Assembly: GCA_018696595.1 (NCBI GenBank)
Contig: JABHQW010000008.1
Span: forward strand, 256,001 to 320,000
DNA length: 64,000 nt
Origin: Candidatus Woesearchaeota archaeon
GTDB taxonomy: Archaea > Nanobdellota > Nanobdellia > Woesearchaeales > GW2011-AR9
Reading direction: 5' to 3'
The position numbers and the translations under genes were made by a program. The notes beneath the pieces are model-generated. The model was not told where the DNA came from. It saw only the letters and a list, made by a program, of their open reading frames with translations, and made no database searches. Each line of letters opens with the position of its first letter. Position 1 is the first letter of the stretch. Positions 9,958 through 20,195 of the stretch are shown piece after piece.

Positions 9958-9993
9958 GTAAAATGGAAAAAATATTTGGACTCAAAATAAAAA

Positions 9994-12216
9994 ATGATTA
10001 AAGATTTCACACCAAGACTGTACCAGCAGACAATCTTAGGCACTGCCGCAAACAAAAACACTTTAGTAGTTTTACCAACAGGATTGGGAAAAACGGCCCT
10101 AGCATTTCTACTAGCTGCTCAACGTTTACATTTTTATCCTAACTCTAAAATCCTAATGTTGGCCCCAACCAAACCATTATGTGAACAACATGTTCAGACT
10201 TTCAAGAAACATTTAGAAGTTCCCGAAGAGAAAATTGTTTTGTTTACTGGCAGTATCGCTCCCAAAAAAAGGGAAGAGATGTGGAAAGATGCTCAAATAA
10301 TAGTTTCAACACCACAAGGATTAGAAAATGACTGTATTAACAATAGAATACAATTAAAAGATATCTCTTTATTAATTTTTGACGAAGCCCATCATGCTAC
10401 AGGGGATTATTCTTATGTCTGGTTAGCCCAACAATATGAAAAAACTTCACTAAAAGCAAGAATTCTTGCACTTACCGCTTCTCCTGGAAGCGATATAGAA
10501 AAAATACGAGAAGTTTGTAACAACCTTAAGATTGAGAAAGTGGAAGTCCGGACAGAAACAGATTCTGATGTTAAACCTTACATTCAAAATGTTAAAGTTA
10601 ACTGGATTAAGTTAGATTTTCCTGAAGAGTTAAAATCAGTCCAAAAACATTTACAAAATTCAAGAAAAAGTAAACTAATTGAGGCCCAGAATTATGGTTA
10701 CTGTAACTCGGCAGATTTACATAAAGGTCAATTACTAAAACTACAGGGAGAGTTACAAAGAAAAATATCTTCGGGAGAGAGAGATTTTGAAATTCTTAAA
10801 TCTGTTTCTTTGACTGCAGAAGCGTTAAAGATTGACCATGCATTAGAATTGCTAGAATCGCAAGGGGTTAATCCATTACAGACTTATTTCAAGAAAATTC
10901 AATCAGAATCTCTCACTTCAAAAGTTAAAGCCGTTAAAAACTTGATGTTAGATCAATATTTCAAATCGGCAATGTACCTCACAGAAGAACTTGCCGATAA
11001 AAATTTTCAACATCCTAAACTTGTTAAATTAAAAGAAATTGTTGGTGAACAGATTGAAAAAGATCAACAAGCAAAAATAATTATCTTTACTCAGTTTAGG
11101 GATTCTGCTGAACAAATTGTCCAACAAATAGATAAATTAAATATTAAAAATCATATCTTTTTTGGGCAAGCTAAAAAGAATGGGGTTGGCTTCTCACAAA
11201 AACAACAGAAAGAAATCTTAGACCAATTTAGAAATGGAGAGTTTAATGTTCTTATTGCAACTTCCGTTGCTGAGGAAGGATTAGATATTCCGAAGGTAGA
11301 TAAAGTTATTTTTTATGAACCAATACCTAGCGCGGTAAGATCTATTCAAAGAAGGGGCAGAACTGGAAGATTAGAAGAAGGGACAGTAACAATTCTAGTT
11401 ACTTCTAAAACAAGAGACGAAGTTTATCGTTGGAGTTCTTTCCATAAAGAAAAAAGAATGTATACTAACTTAGACAAAATCAAAAAAGAGTTTTCCTTTT
11501 CAACGTTGGATGAAAGACAAGAAACCAATAATGGCAATAACACTTTGGATAAATTCATTCCTGAAGAAAAAGTTGTCGCTATTCTTGCTGACCATCGTGA
11601 AAAAGATAATAAGATTGTCAAAGAATTAATTGATTTAGGAGTTTCAGTTAGAACTAGCCAGCTAGAAGTTGCAGATTATTTAGTTTCAGGTAGAGTTGCA
11701 GTAGAACTGAAAAAAGTTCCTGATTTTGTTGCTTCTATTATTGATGGCAGATTAATTGATCAAGTTAAAGGATTAAAAAACAATTTTGAGAAATCAGTTC
11801 TGGTGATTGAGGGTGAAGAAGATATTTATTCTGTTAGGAAGGTTCATGCTAATGCGATTAGAGGCATGTTAGCTTCGATTACTTTAGACTTTGGAGTCCC
11901 TGTATTGTATACAAAAAGTCCCAAAGATACCGCTTGTTTATTAGCTGTAATGGCCAAACGTGAACAAAACAAAGGGGGAGACATCTCTTACCATTCTTCT
12001 AAACCACAATCTATGAAAGAACAGCAAGAATTTATTGTTAGTTCTTTTCCCAATATCGGTGTTCTTAATGCTAGAAAACTTCTTGAACAATTTGGTTCAA
12101 TTAAGAATTTAGCTAATGCCAATAAAGTTGAATTGATGAAAGTAGATAAGATTGGAGATAAGATTGCAGATAGATTAGTTGGAATGTTTAATGAGGAATA
12201 TAAGAAAAAGAATTAA
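9994..12216 (+). CDS. hef: Hef (FANCM-like) DEAH helicase-ERCC4 nuclease
   Basis: PTGLGKT, DEAHH, LTASPG, QRRGRTGR; C-terminal ERCC4 domain and HhH. Confidence 0.93.
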   Translation: MIKDFTPRLYQQTILGTAANKNTLVVLPTGLGKTALAFLLAAQRLHFYPNSKILMLAPTKPLCEQHVQTFKKHLEVPEEKIVLFTGSIAPKKREEMWKDAQIIVSTPQGLENDCINNRIQLKDISLLIFDEAHHATGDYSYVWLAQQYEKTSLKARILALTASPGSDIEKIREVCNNLKIEKVEVRTETDSDVKPYIQNVKVNWIKLDFPEELKSVQKHLQNSRKSKLIEAQNYGYCNSADLHKGQLLKLQGELQRKISSGERDFEILKSVSLTAEALKIDHALELLESQGVNPLQTYFKKIQSESLTSKVKAVKNLMLDQYFKSAMYLTEELADKNFQHPKLVKLKEIVGEQIEKDQQAKIIIFTQFRDSAEQIVQQIDKLNIKNHIFFGQAKKNGVGFSQKQQKEILDQFRNGEFNVLIATSVAEEGLDIPKVDKVIFYEPIPSAVRSIQRRGRTGRLEEGTVTILVTSKTRDEVYRWSSFHKEKRMYTNLDKIKKEFSFSTLDERQETNNGNNTLDKFIPEEKVVAILADHREKDNKIVKELIDLGVSVRTSQLEVADYLVSGRVAVELKKVPDFVASIIDGRLIDQVKGLKNNFEKSVLVIEGEEDIYSVRKVHANAIRGMLASITLDFGVPVLYTKSPKDTACLLAVMAKREQNKGGDISYHSSKPQSMKEQQEFIVSSFPNIGVLNARKLLEQFGSIKNLANANKVELMKVDKIGDKIADRLVGMFNEEYKKKN

Positions 12217-12494
12217 TCCATTTCCTCAATTTTCTTTTTATTCTTTCCAATTTTCGCTAATTCTTCACTAGATAACTTTTTCTTGATAAGCCAATAAGTT
12301 CCTTTATATGGATCTCTTTGTAAGTATCCAAAGTTAATTAACTCTCTTCTTATCATGACATGATCATCAACATCAAATGAATTTATAATTTCATTAACTT
12401 TTATTTCGTTATAGATTTGGTTTTTTATGAACTCTTGAGCGATTTTCTCTAAAATCTCTTGTTTCTTCAAATCATCTTTTGGTAACGAGATCAT
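12213..12494 (-). CDS. DUF2087-like small protein
   Basis: YNEIKVNEII...DDHVMIRRELINFGYLQRD...YW. Confidence 0.7.
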   Translation of the reverse strand: MISLPKDDLKKQEILEKIAQEFIKNQIYNEIKVNEIINSFDVDDHVMIRRELINFGYLQRDPYKGTYWLIKKKLSSEELAKIGKNKKKIEEMD

Positions 12495-13222
12495 TGTTTA
12501 ATCTTACCGGTTTGCCAATCTTTTAATAACATTCTGGCTGCTACTTCTAAATTGGCTTTTCCGCCACTAGATAATTTTTTAAACTTAAAGGCAATCTGTT
12601 CAAGAATCTCTTCTGGATCTTCACTATTAATATTATAATGGGCAGTAATTTTTTCTGTCTCATCCTCAATTAATCTTAAGGCAGTAGTTTCTATATCTTT
12701 AATCTTACCATAACTTAATGCACCGGTTTTTGCGTGTTTAGCGGGATCCTTCTCTCTTTTTGGTAATACTCCAGGAGTGTCCAAGACCATGATCTTTGGA
12801 TCCACCCTGATTTTCTGAAACCCTTTAGTAAATCCAGATTCAGATGATGTTTTGGCAGAACCTTTTCCTGACAAAGCATTAATTAAGGAACTTTTACCAA
12901 CGTTTGGATAACCTAAGATACCTACAACGGTGGGATTTCCTTTAGATAGTTCCATGATTTTCTTTTTTAGAATAGTAGTTCCCAACTTATCTCTGCTAGA
13001 AATGAATACACTTGGTTTTAAACTATGTTTTATCGTTTTTAGCTTCTCTTTACTTGCTAAATCACATTTATTGAAAACGTAAAGCAAGATCTTTTCTTCC
13101 TTTTTAACTTTATCTTCTACTTCAAAGTTTCTGGTTTCTTCAACCATTCTAGCATCAAGTACTTCGATAATAATATCTGCTTCCTTGATTACTTTGTTTA
13201 CATGTTTCCAAAATGATGGCAT
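12491..13222 (-). CDS. Circularly permuted GTPase (YlqF/RbgA family)
   Basis: VLDAR, NKCD (G4) before GYPNVGKSS (G1), GFT (G2), DTPG (G3). Confidence 0.92.
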   Translation of the reverse strand: MPSFWKHVNKVIKEADIIIEVLDARMVEETRNFEVEDKVKKEEKILLYVFNKCDLASKEKLKTIKHSLKPSVFISSRDKLGTTILKKKIMELSKGNPTVVGILGYPNVGKSSLINALSGKGSAKTSSESGFTKGFQKIRVDPKIMVLDTPGVLPKREKDPAKHAKTGALSYGKIKDIETTALRLIEDETEKITAHYNINSEDPEEILEQIAFKFKKLSSGGKANLEVAARMLLKDWQTGKIKQ

Positions 13223-13284
13223 AAAGACCTTTTCTTTTATTAGTATATAAAAGTTTATATTAGATAACGATTTATTTATTATTT

Positions 13285-14400
13285 ATGGCCCTTTTTAAGT
13301 GGATATTTCACAAGCATATCAACATTGATGAACTTAAAGGTGAAGTGAAAAAGTTATATTCATTTTTTCAAGAGTATATACTTCTCTTTAATCAAAAGGG
13401 AAAAACTTTTTCTGGGATTTTCCACGGAGGTTTAAATACATTAAAATTACTTTTACCTCAAATAGAAAAATCAACTAGACGTTTACTTAATGTTTTGAAG
13501 AAAGAAAATCAACTAATTGCTTTGCTTAAAGATAGAAATGTTCTTACTAATAGAGAAACTGATGAAGTTTTAGAGATTAAAGAAAAAATTAATGCTCTTA
13601 AAGATATCCTTCAAGAACAATTAGAAATTATGAGTGAAATAAAAGAGAAGATCAATAGAATAAAATGGACTTTTGAAGAACAGGTTAAAATTAGTCCTAC
13701 CATAGATAAGCTAAAAAAATTATTCGATCAAGAACATAAAATACTCTTTTCAGAAGAAGAATTTCTTGAGAGATTGGTTTCTGATATTGTTAAAGATAAA
13801 GAGTTCCCCTTCTTGAACCGAGTTTCTTCTCCTGCAACAGAAGCTGCAATTTTAGCAGACAAGTATTTCTCTTTAATGCTTATGCGGGGAATAAGCGGGG
13901 GATATGTGAAATCAATTCCAAAAGCAATTGCTGAGGAAAAGAAAGGAGTAGCATACTACCCTGGATCTTTTGATGACCCAATCATTATTTTTTGTTTCCC
14001 AAACATTAAGTACTATGTTTTACAAGATCCTCACAGAAGTGGAAGACAACTAAAAACAAATCTGGAACTATTACAAAGGTTTAATATTCTTCACAATTTA
14101 AAAAGAAAAGGAAGAAATTCTTACACTTTTCTTTTCAATGGCAAACAGAAGCATTTAGTTGCTTATTATGGTGTGAAAGGTGATAGTTCTAAATTTATCC
14201 CTCCAGAAATAAGAAGAGGGGTTAAAGTTTTAATGGCAAAAGCATTTACTGTGGGGCTAGAAACAAAGAAAAGAGTTTTTGATAAAATCTCTCCTTATTT
14301 GTTACCTGGATCATTTATCCATGAAAGGATTGTTAATGAAGATATTCTTAGGCAAAAAGGATTTAAAAAACTAACAGAAATGTGGTGGATAAAGGAATAA
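13285..14400 (+). CDS. Hypothetical protein: N-terminal coiled coil plus unassigned C-terminal globular domain
   Basis: 371-aa ORF, heptad-rich first ~165 aa. Confidence 0.7.
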   Translation: MALFKWIFHKHINIDELKGEVKKLYSFFQEYILLFNQKGKTFSGIFHGGLNTLKLLLPQIEKSTRRLLNVLKKENQLIALLKDRNVLTNRETDEVLEIKEKINALKDILQEQLEIMSEIKEKINRIKWTFEEQVKISPTIDKLKKLFDQEHKILFSEEEFLERLVSDIVKDKEFPFLNRVSSPATEAAILADKYFSLMLMRGISGGYVKSIPKAIAEEKKGVAYYPGSFDDPIIIFCFPNIKYYVLQDPHRSGRQLKTNLELLQRFNILHNLKRKGRNSYTFLFNGKQKHLVAYYGVKGDSSKFIPPEIRRGVKVLMAKAFTVGLETKKRVFDKISPYLLPGSFIHERIVNEDILRQKGFKKLTEMWWIKE

Positions 14401-14443
14401 TAGTTACGAAATTATTTTATACCAGTTAATTCATCGATTCATA

Positions 14444-14740
14444 ATGGCTTTCAGCAAAACATTTCCAAAAACTGTACCTGGGACTAATTATCCGATTTGG
14501 GAAGAAGTTTTTCTTACGGAAGAAGAAGAAAGGCAAGTTGAAGAAACTTGCAGGAAGAGTAACTTTCAGATAATGGATGTTAGTTTACAAGAAGCGAAGA
14601 TTTTGGCAATCAAACATGGAATGAATGAAGATCATAATCTTGTTCAGATTGCCAGGTCATTATTTGAGAAGAAAGCGTCCCATGTTATTTTCTGGAAAGA
14701 ATCTAAAGCAAAAGAGAAGTTTGACCAAAAGAATAAATAA
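14444..14740 (+). CDS. Hypothetical protein
   Basis: 98-aa ORF with upstream TTTTATA box. Confidence 0.7.
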   Translation: MAFSKTFPKTVPGTNYPIWEEVFLTEEEERQVEETCRKSNFQIMDVSLQEAKILAIKHGMNEDHNLVQIARSLFEKKASHVIFWKESKAKEKFDQKNK

Positions 14741-14765
14741 GAAATAAAAAATAAGAAAAAAAGAA

Positions 14766-15416
14766 TTACCGTTTTCTTTTCTTTACTGGCCTTTTCTTAG
14801 CAGTTTTCCTTCTTGCTATTTTCTTTTTAGCTGGTTTTCTTTTAACTGTCTTTTTTTTAGTTGCTTTCTTCTTAACCACTCTTTTTTTCACTGCTTTCTT
14901 TTTTACTGTCTTTTTCTTTACGGTTTTTTTCTTAGCAACCTTTTTAACCTTAACTTTTACACTTTTGACTGTCTTTACTTTTCTTCCTAAATGTTTTAAC
15001 AAAAAGTTTTCAAATCTTACAATCTCTTGTTTAGTGTTAAAAAATAACGGATGTTTATCTCCCAAGTGAGTTAAGACATATCCACCTAAAAAGAACTTAT
15101 CTAATTTATGATGTTTAATCTCATTAAGGGGGATTTTAACTTTTTTTATTTTGTTTTTAGTTGCCCGAGTAATCTCCAAATGTGTTGATGAAAGAGTATA
15201 TTTCTCTTTTACTTGACGAGATTTCTGGATCAGGGCTGAGATCAAAACATAAACTCCTAAAAACAGAACTGTAAAAATTACTGCTAAATACCATCTTTCA
15301 TAACGTAAGAAAGTCATAAAGAACACTAATACTGCTAAGAACGCTATTAAAATAGTTTCTATCTTAAGCAAGAATACTTTTTTTACTGGAAAATTCCAAG
15401 TTAAATTATTTGTCAT
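14766..15416 (-). CDS. 2-TM membrane protein with Lys-rich histone-H1-like C-terminal tail
   Basis: Two hydrophobic helices, then KKTVKK/KKAVKK/KKATKK repeats. Confidence 0.75.
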   Translation of the reverse strand: MTNNLTWNFPVKKVFLLKIETILIAFLAVLVFFMTFLRYERWYLAVIFTVLFLGVYVLISALIQKSRQVKEKYTLSSTHLEITRATKNKIKKVKIPLNEIKHHKLDKFFLGGYVLTHLGDKHPLFFNTKQEIVRFENFLLKHLGRKVKTVKSVKVKVKKVAKKKTVKKKTVKKKAVKKRVVKKKATKKKTVKRKPAKKKIARRKTAKKRPVKKRKR

Positions 15417-15457
15417 TTTTAATACCTCTTTTTTGATTTATAATTGTTTAATATTTA

Positions 15458-15679
15458 TTAATATTTCTCATTAATTTCTGGTGCTTTAGTCATACTAACA
15501 AGTGCTGCAATAAACATTAATGCGAATATAAACATAAATGTAACTCCAAAATTGAATGTTTTTGGATAAACATAGTACGCTGAAATGAAAAATCCCAACA
15601 TTGCACTAGCCATAAAACTACCTTTTAACGGAACTGCGTGCCATTTCCTTGGAGCTCTTTTAGATTTTCTTTTAGCCAT
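15458..15679 (-). CDS. Small 2-TM membrane protein
   Basis: Start MAKRKSK at 15679 preceded by GGAGGTGG. Confidence 0.7.
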   Translation of the reverse strand: MAKRKSKRAPRKWHAVPLKGSFMASAMLGFFISAYYVYPKTFNFGVTFMFIFALMFIAALVSMTKAPEINEKY

Positions 15680-15717
15680 TACGACCACCTCTTTTTTATA
15701 TTTAATAGTAAACAAAT

Positions 15718-16839
15718 TCAATTTAAAAACTTATCTACTAACTTCTCTGCTTTTTTACGTTTCTGTTGATGTTCTTTTAGGAACTTAGTAAGCTTGTCAA
15801 TCACAATTTGTTTTAGTTCTCCACTCAGTAATTTTCCAGACTTATAATCATCATAAATCTTTTTTAACTTTTTATCATTTGGTTCTAAGCCATACTTTAA
15901 CATCTGAAATGGAATATCAACCTCTGGGTTGCCTCCTTTCTTACGATGTTCTTCTAAAGTTGGTTGTCCACCAGAAAAGGCATACTTTTTAATTTTTCTT
16001 GCTGCTTCTTCAGGAGTATCAGTTAAAGCGATGTAAGATAATGGATCTGAGGAAGACATTTTACCACTTTTTAATCCTGGTAAGAATTTGTGATAAGTTG
16101 AACTTAATTGTTTAAACCTAAATGCTTTTATTCTTTGAGAAACGTCTCTAGCTAACCTTAAATGCGGGTCTTGATCGGATCCAACGGGAACAATAATTGG
16201 AATTGGTTTACCTTCAAATTCTTTTAGTTGTGGGTGCAACATATCTGCTGCTTGTAATAATGAAGAGCTCATCTTCCCCGGACTGATTTCTCCATAAATC
16301 GCTTTGAACTCATTAAAGGTTGCATGTCTTGCTAACATATTAGCTAGGCTGTAATAAGCATTAGCTTGTTTTCCATTCTTTGATCTTGCTGATTGAAAAT
16401 AGAAATCACAATTTTTTAATTTTAATCCCAGGGCAACATAATTTGTTAGATATTCTTTTATTGCAGTTTCTCGCAATTCTTTCATGTTGGGATTTCTAGA
16501 ATTATATGCTTCAATATCAGCAACAGCAATGTAAACTTTTGCACCTAAAGATTGATAGAAAATAATTTGATCAGCAACTAATTTATGGCCAAAATGGAAT
16601 TTGCCGGACGGCATAAGACCAGTCATCATTACAAAAGTTTTCTTTTTTTGCACTGCTTCTACTATCTGTTTAAAGTCTCGATGAGCAAAAATGATCTCTC
16701 TTCTAAATAAAACATTTTTCTGAAATGTTTCTGGAAGATGTTGTAACGGTTTTAAGCCGAACTGCTTAATTAATTTATCATAATCAATTTTTCCTTTAAC
16801 TTCCCAGGGTGTTACTTTTTGTGTTATTTTTTCTGCCAT
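15718..16839 (-). CDS. trpS: Tryptophan--tRNA ligase
   Basis: TGLMPSGKFHFGH (HIGH), DQDPH, KMSSS (KMSKS), KYAFSGGQ. Confidence 0.96.
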   Translation of the reverse strand: MAEKITQKVTPWEVKGKIDYDKLIKQFGLKPLQHLPETFQKNVLFRREIIFAHRDFKQIVEAVQKKKTFVMMTGLMPSGKFHFGHKLVADQIIFYQSLGAKVYIAVADIEAYNSRNPNMKELRETAIKEYLTNYVALGLKLKNCDFYFQSARSKNGKQANAYYSLANMLARHATFNEFKAIYGEISPGKMSSSLLQAADMLHPQLKEFEGKPIPIIVPVGSDQDPHLRLARDVSQRIKAFRFKQLSSTYHKFLPGLKSGKMSSSDPLSYIALTDTPEEAARKIKKYAFSGGQPTLEEHRKKGGNPEVDIPFQMLKYGLEPNDKKLKKIYDDYKSGKLLSGELKQIVIDKLTKFLKEHQQKRKKAEKLVDKFLN

Positions 16840-16912
16840 TTTGTTTGTTCTTTAGTTTGTTCTTTATTCATTATTGTTTTATTGTTTATAAGTTTTTAGT
16901 CATTCTTTTTCT

Positions 16913-17494
16913 TTATCTGCCAAAACTTGCTAAATAAGCCTCAAATTTAATAATTTTCTTTGTTGTAGATAATTTGCCCCAAATCAAAGCAAAAATAGTT
17001 GAAGAAACTATACTGGTCGAAAATGTTAATATCAATAAGTTGATTAGTTCTGATGAGAAAACTAATAATACTGTTTGTGATAATAACATTGCAGAAACTA
17101 AAAACATGCTTGTAAAACTTATTGTTGTCCCAATAATAATATCTAAATGTAATGAAGACAATTCTATCTTAAATATCAAATGAATTACTTCAAAGATTAT
17201 TATTGCAATCACATAGGTAATCACTTTATTCCAATTAAATAATCCCAATTCCGCTAAATTGAAAGTAAACATAGCAACAAAGAACATGAATATTGTCGCA
17301 ATACCGAAACGTTTCAACATATCAACACAAATGTTCATCCCAGCAACTAAAAAAAATAAAGAAATAATAAGCAAAGGAGTGGGTGGCAAATAATAATCTG
17401 CTAAATAAAAAAATAATGAAGTAATAGCAGCTACAAATAGTGTAAAAAACAGTTGCTTTATTTTTATCCCTTGGATAAGTTCTATAGCAAACAT
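16913..17494 (-). CDS. Multi-TM membrane protein
   Basis: 193-aa hydrophobic ORF. Confidence 0.7.
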   Translation of the reverse strand: MFAIELIQGIKIKQLFFTLFVAAITSLFFYLADYYLPPTPLLIISLFFLVAGMNICVDMLKRFGIATIFMFFVAMFTFNLAELGLFNWNKVITYVIAIIIFEVIHLIFKIELSSLHLDIIIGTTISFTSMFLVSAMLLSQTVLLVFSSELINLLILTFSTSIVSSTIFALIWGKLSTTKKIIKFEAYLASFGR

Positions 17495-17554
17495 TCTATT
17501 TTCCTCTTACTTAATGTTTCTTTTAAAATCATTTCATTTCACTTTTATTCCATC

Positions 17555-17960
17555 TTATTTTTTAGATTTTTTTTGTTTCTTTCTAGCTTTATTCTTTTTA
17601 TTTTTACTCCGTTTAGTATTATTTTTGATTTTACTTTCCGTTTTAATTTTACTTTTATTGTCTCTCTTTTTACTTAGAATCTTTTTCTCATTGGGGGTAG
17701 TATTTTTTTTCTTGAACGGTTTTGTAATTAATCCCAAATAAGAAAAACTTTTTCTTTCTAATCTCGCTTTTATAATTGGTTGAGAATGTTTAATCTCTGC
17801 AATACGTTCTTCATATTTAACAACCCGGTCATGATATGTATCAGTATTTATTTTATGTTGAACAAAACATTCTTTTTGTAAAGATTTGATAAGTTCAAGA
17901 GTCTTTTTTAGGTCTAATTTTAATCCTTCAAGTTTTTTCTTAAGATAAATTTTCCGAGAC
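17555..17960 (-). pseudogene. C-terminal fragment of a coiled-coil protein, apparently 5'-truncated
   Basis: SRKIYLKKKLEGL...YHDRVVKYEERIAEIKH; upstream codons are the antisense of a PAS-coding frame. Confidence 0.5.
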
Positions 17961-19781
17961 CATGAAAAGATTATTGGTAAGACTCCAGAACAATTATTTT
18001 CTAAAAAAGATGCCACCCTTATTAAGAAAATTGATAATCTTTGTTTTAATGGGAAAACTGTCTCTGAGACTTATCTAACCACCATCGGCGGAAAAGAATG
18101 TTATTTGCACACTTCTCAAAGTTCAATTTATGAAAACGGAAAGGTTAACGGGATTCTCGGTATTGTTCGTGACGTTACGGAAAGAAAGAAAGCAGAAGAA
18201 AAATTAAAAGAATCTGAAGAAAAGTATAGGAAATTGTTTGAATCTGCTCAAGATGGCATTTTAATCATTAATACTGAAACTGGAAGAATAACAGATGCAA
18301 ACCCTTTCATTGAGAAACTTCTTGGATATAATAAAAATGAATTTGTTGGAAAACAAATATTTGAAATAAGTCCATTTAAAGATATTGTTCCTAATAAAAA
18401 TAAGTTTAAAGAGTTACAAAGAAAGAAGTACGTTAGATATAGTCATTTACCTTTGGAAACAAAAAAAGGAAAAAAGATTTCTGTTGAATTTATCTCTAAT
18501 GTCTACCCCATTGATCACTCCCTGGTTATTCAAGCAAATATTAGGGACATAACAGAACAAAAGAAAGCAGAAGAAAAGTTGAAACAATATCAAAATACTT
18601 TAGAAAATACTATCAAAAAGCGAACTCAAGAATTATCAAACAAATTAATTGAATTAAAAGTTAGCCAAAAGAAATATCAAACTTTGTTTATTTCTTCTCA
18701 AGATGCGTTGATGACTCTTGCTCCTCCAACTTGGAAATTTACTGCTGGAAATCCTGCTACTGTAAAGATGTTTAATTGTAAAGATGAAAAACAGTTTATT
18801 TCTCTTGGACCTTGGCAAGTTTCACCAAAGAAACAGCCAGACGGCCAGTTATCTTCTGTAAAAGCAAAGAAGATGATTGAAAAGGCAATGAAAGAAGGTT
18901 CAAACTTCTTTGAATGGACTCATAAACGTTACAAAGGAGAAGATTTTCCAGTAACTGTACTTTTGAATCGAATTCTTATTAATGGAGACACTTTCTTGCA
19001 AGCTACAGTGAGAGATATCACCGAACAAAAATTAAATGAATCTCAAATTCAAGAACAGATTGAAGAACTTAAAGAATTAGATCAATTAAAAACTCAATTC
19101 CTTTCGTTTGTTTCTCACGAATTAAGAACTCCTTTAACTCCGATTCGTTCACAATTACAAAGGTTGTTAGGGAAAAAATGTAAACCTCAAGAGCAACAAG
19201 GATCTTTGCAAATGATTTTAAGAAATACCGTTCGTTTAGACAAATTGATTAATGATGTTTTAGAAATATCTCGATTAGAATCAAAACGAATGCAAATATT
19301 CAAAAGATCTGTTAATCTTAAAAATTTAATTAAAAACACTATCACTACTATGCAACCTTTAGCTGAAGATAAAAATGTAAAGATTTCTACTTTGTTCAAA
19401 AGAGTTCCTCCAACAATTTCCCTTGATGAAGATAGGATTAAACAGGTTTTAATCAATTTGATTGATAATGCTATTAAACATAGTAAAACAAAAGAAATAG
19501 CCATTTCTGCTAAAAGAACTAATCATCATGTAACTATTTGTGTAGAAGATCAAGGTAAAGGCATTTCAGAAAAAGAAAGAAAACATCTTTTTGAATTGTT
19601 TTATGTAGGAAAAGAATCAAAGTATCTAACTAAAGGCGCTGGTTTAGGATTACCAATTTCTAAAGGGATTGTTAATTTACACGGCGGTAAAATTTGGATT
19701 AAAACTAAAATTAAGAAAGGAACAACTTTTTGTTTTACATTACCTATTAAAAATAGTGGACAAACAAACAAACAAAAATAA
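17949..19781 (+). CDS. Multi-PAS sensor histidine kinase (5' end truncated or frameshifted; ORF track start TTG 18105)
   Basis: PAS/PAC repeats (RDITEQKKAEE), H-box SHELRTPL, N-box NLIDNAIKH, DQGKGI, GAGLGL; PAS frame extends upstream to the stop at 17946-17948. Confidence 0.88.
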   Translation: MFRDHEKIIGKTPEQLFSKKDATLIKKIDNLCFNGKTVSETYLTTIGGKECYLHTSQSSIYENGKVNGILGIVRDVTERKKAEEKLKESEEKYRKLFESAQDGILIINTETGRITDANPFIEKLLGYNKNEFVGKQIFEISPFKDIVPNKNKFKELQRKKYVRYSHLPLETKKGKKISVEFISNVYPIDHSLVIQANIRDITEQKKAEEKLKQYQNTLENTIKKRTQELSNKLIELKVSQKKYQTLFISSQDALMTLAPPTWKFTAGNPATVKMFNCKDEKQFISLGPWQVSPKKQPDGQLSSVKAKKMIEKAMKEGSNFFEWTHKRYKGEDFPVTVLLNRILINGDTFLQATVRDITEQKLNESQIQEQIEELKELDQLKTQFLSFVSHELRTPLTPIRSQLQRLLGKKCKPQEQQGSLQMILRNTVRLDKLINDVLEISRLESKRMQIFKRSVNLKNLIKNTITTMQPLAEDKNVKISTLFKRVPPTISLDEDRIKQVLINLIDNAIKHSKTKEIAISAKRTNHHVTICVEDQGKGISEKERKHLFELFYVGKESKYLTKGAGLGLPISKGIVNLHGGKIWIKTKIKKGTTFCFTLPIKNSGQTNKQK

Positions 19782-19820
19782 TATAAATGGCGAAGTATTT
19801 ACAAGCTAAAAGAGGTTAAA

Positions 19821-20195
19821 ATGAAAAAAGAATATTTAATCATGTCTGTAGATGATGAGAATGATATCAGAGATTCTATTAAATCCGTTCTTGAAGATGA
19901 AGGTTTTAAAGTTGAAACTGCTAAAGATGGCGCTAGTATGCTTAAAAAGCTAGAAAAAATTAAACCAGACTTAATTCTTTTAGACATTTTAATGCCTGGT
20001 TTAACAACTCGAGAAATCATTACTGAAGTAAAAAAAAGAAAAATAAAAACTCCTGTTATCTTTTTAACAGTAGTTAGATTAGCAGAAGCTACTAAAAAGC
20101 ATGTTATTAAGGGTAATATGGTTGATTACATTGAGAAACCATTTGATAATAAAGATTTGATTAAAAGAGTTAAAAGAGCTCTGAAAACAAAATGA
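19821..20195 (+). CDS. Single-domain response regulator (receiver)
   Basis: VDDE, LLDILMP, FLT, KPF. Confidence 0.93.
   Translation: MKKEYLIMSVDDENDIRDSIKSVLEDEGFKVETAKDGASMLKKLEKIKPDLILLDILMPGLTTREIITEVKKRKIKTPVIFLTVVRLAEATKKHVIKGNMVDYIEKPFDNKDLIKRVKRALKTK

Noticed and set aside
11600-11800. Hef nuclease motif reading ELKK instead of ERK
   Set aside because: The acidic and Lys residues of the motif are retained; a single substitution is not enough to call inactivation
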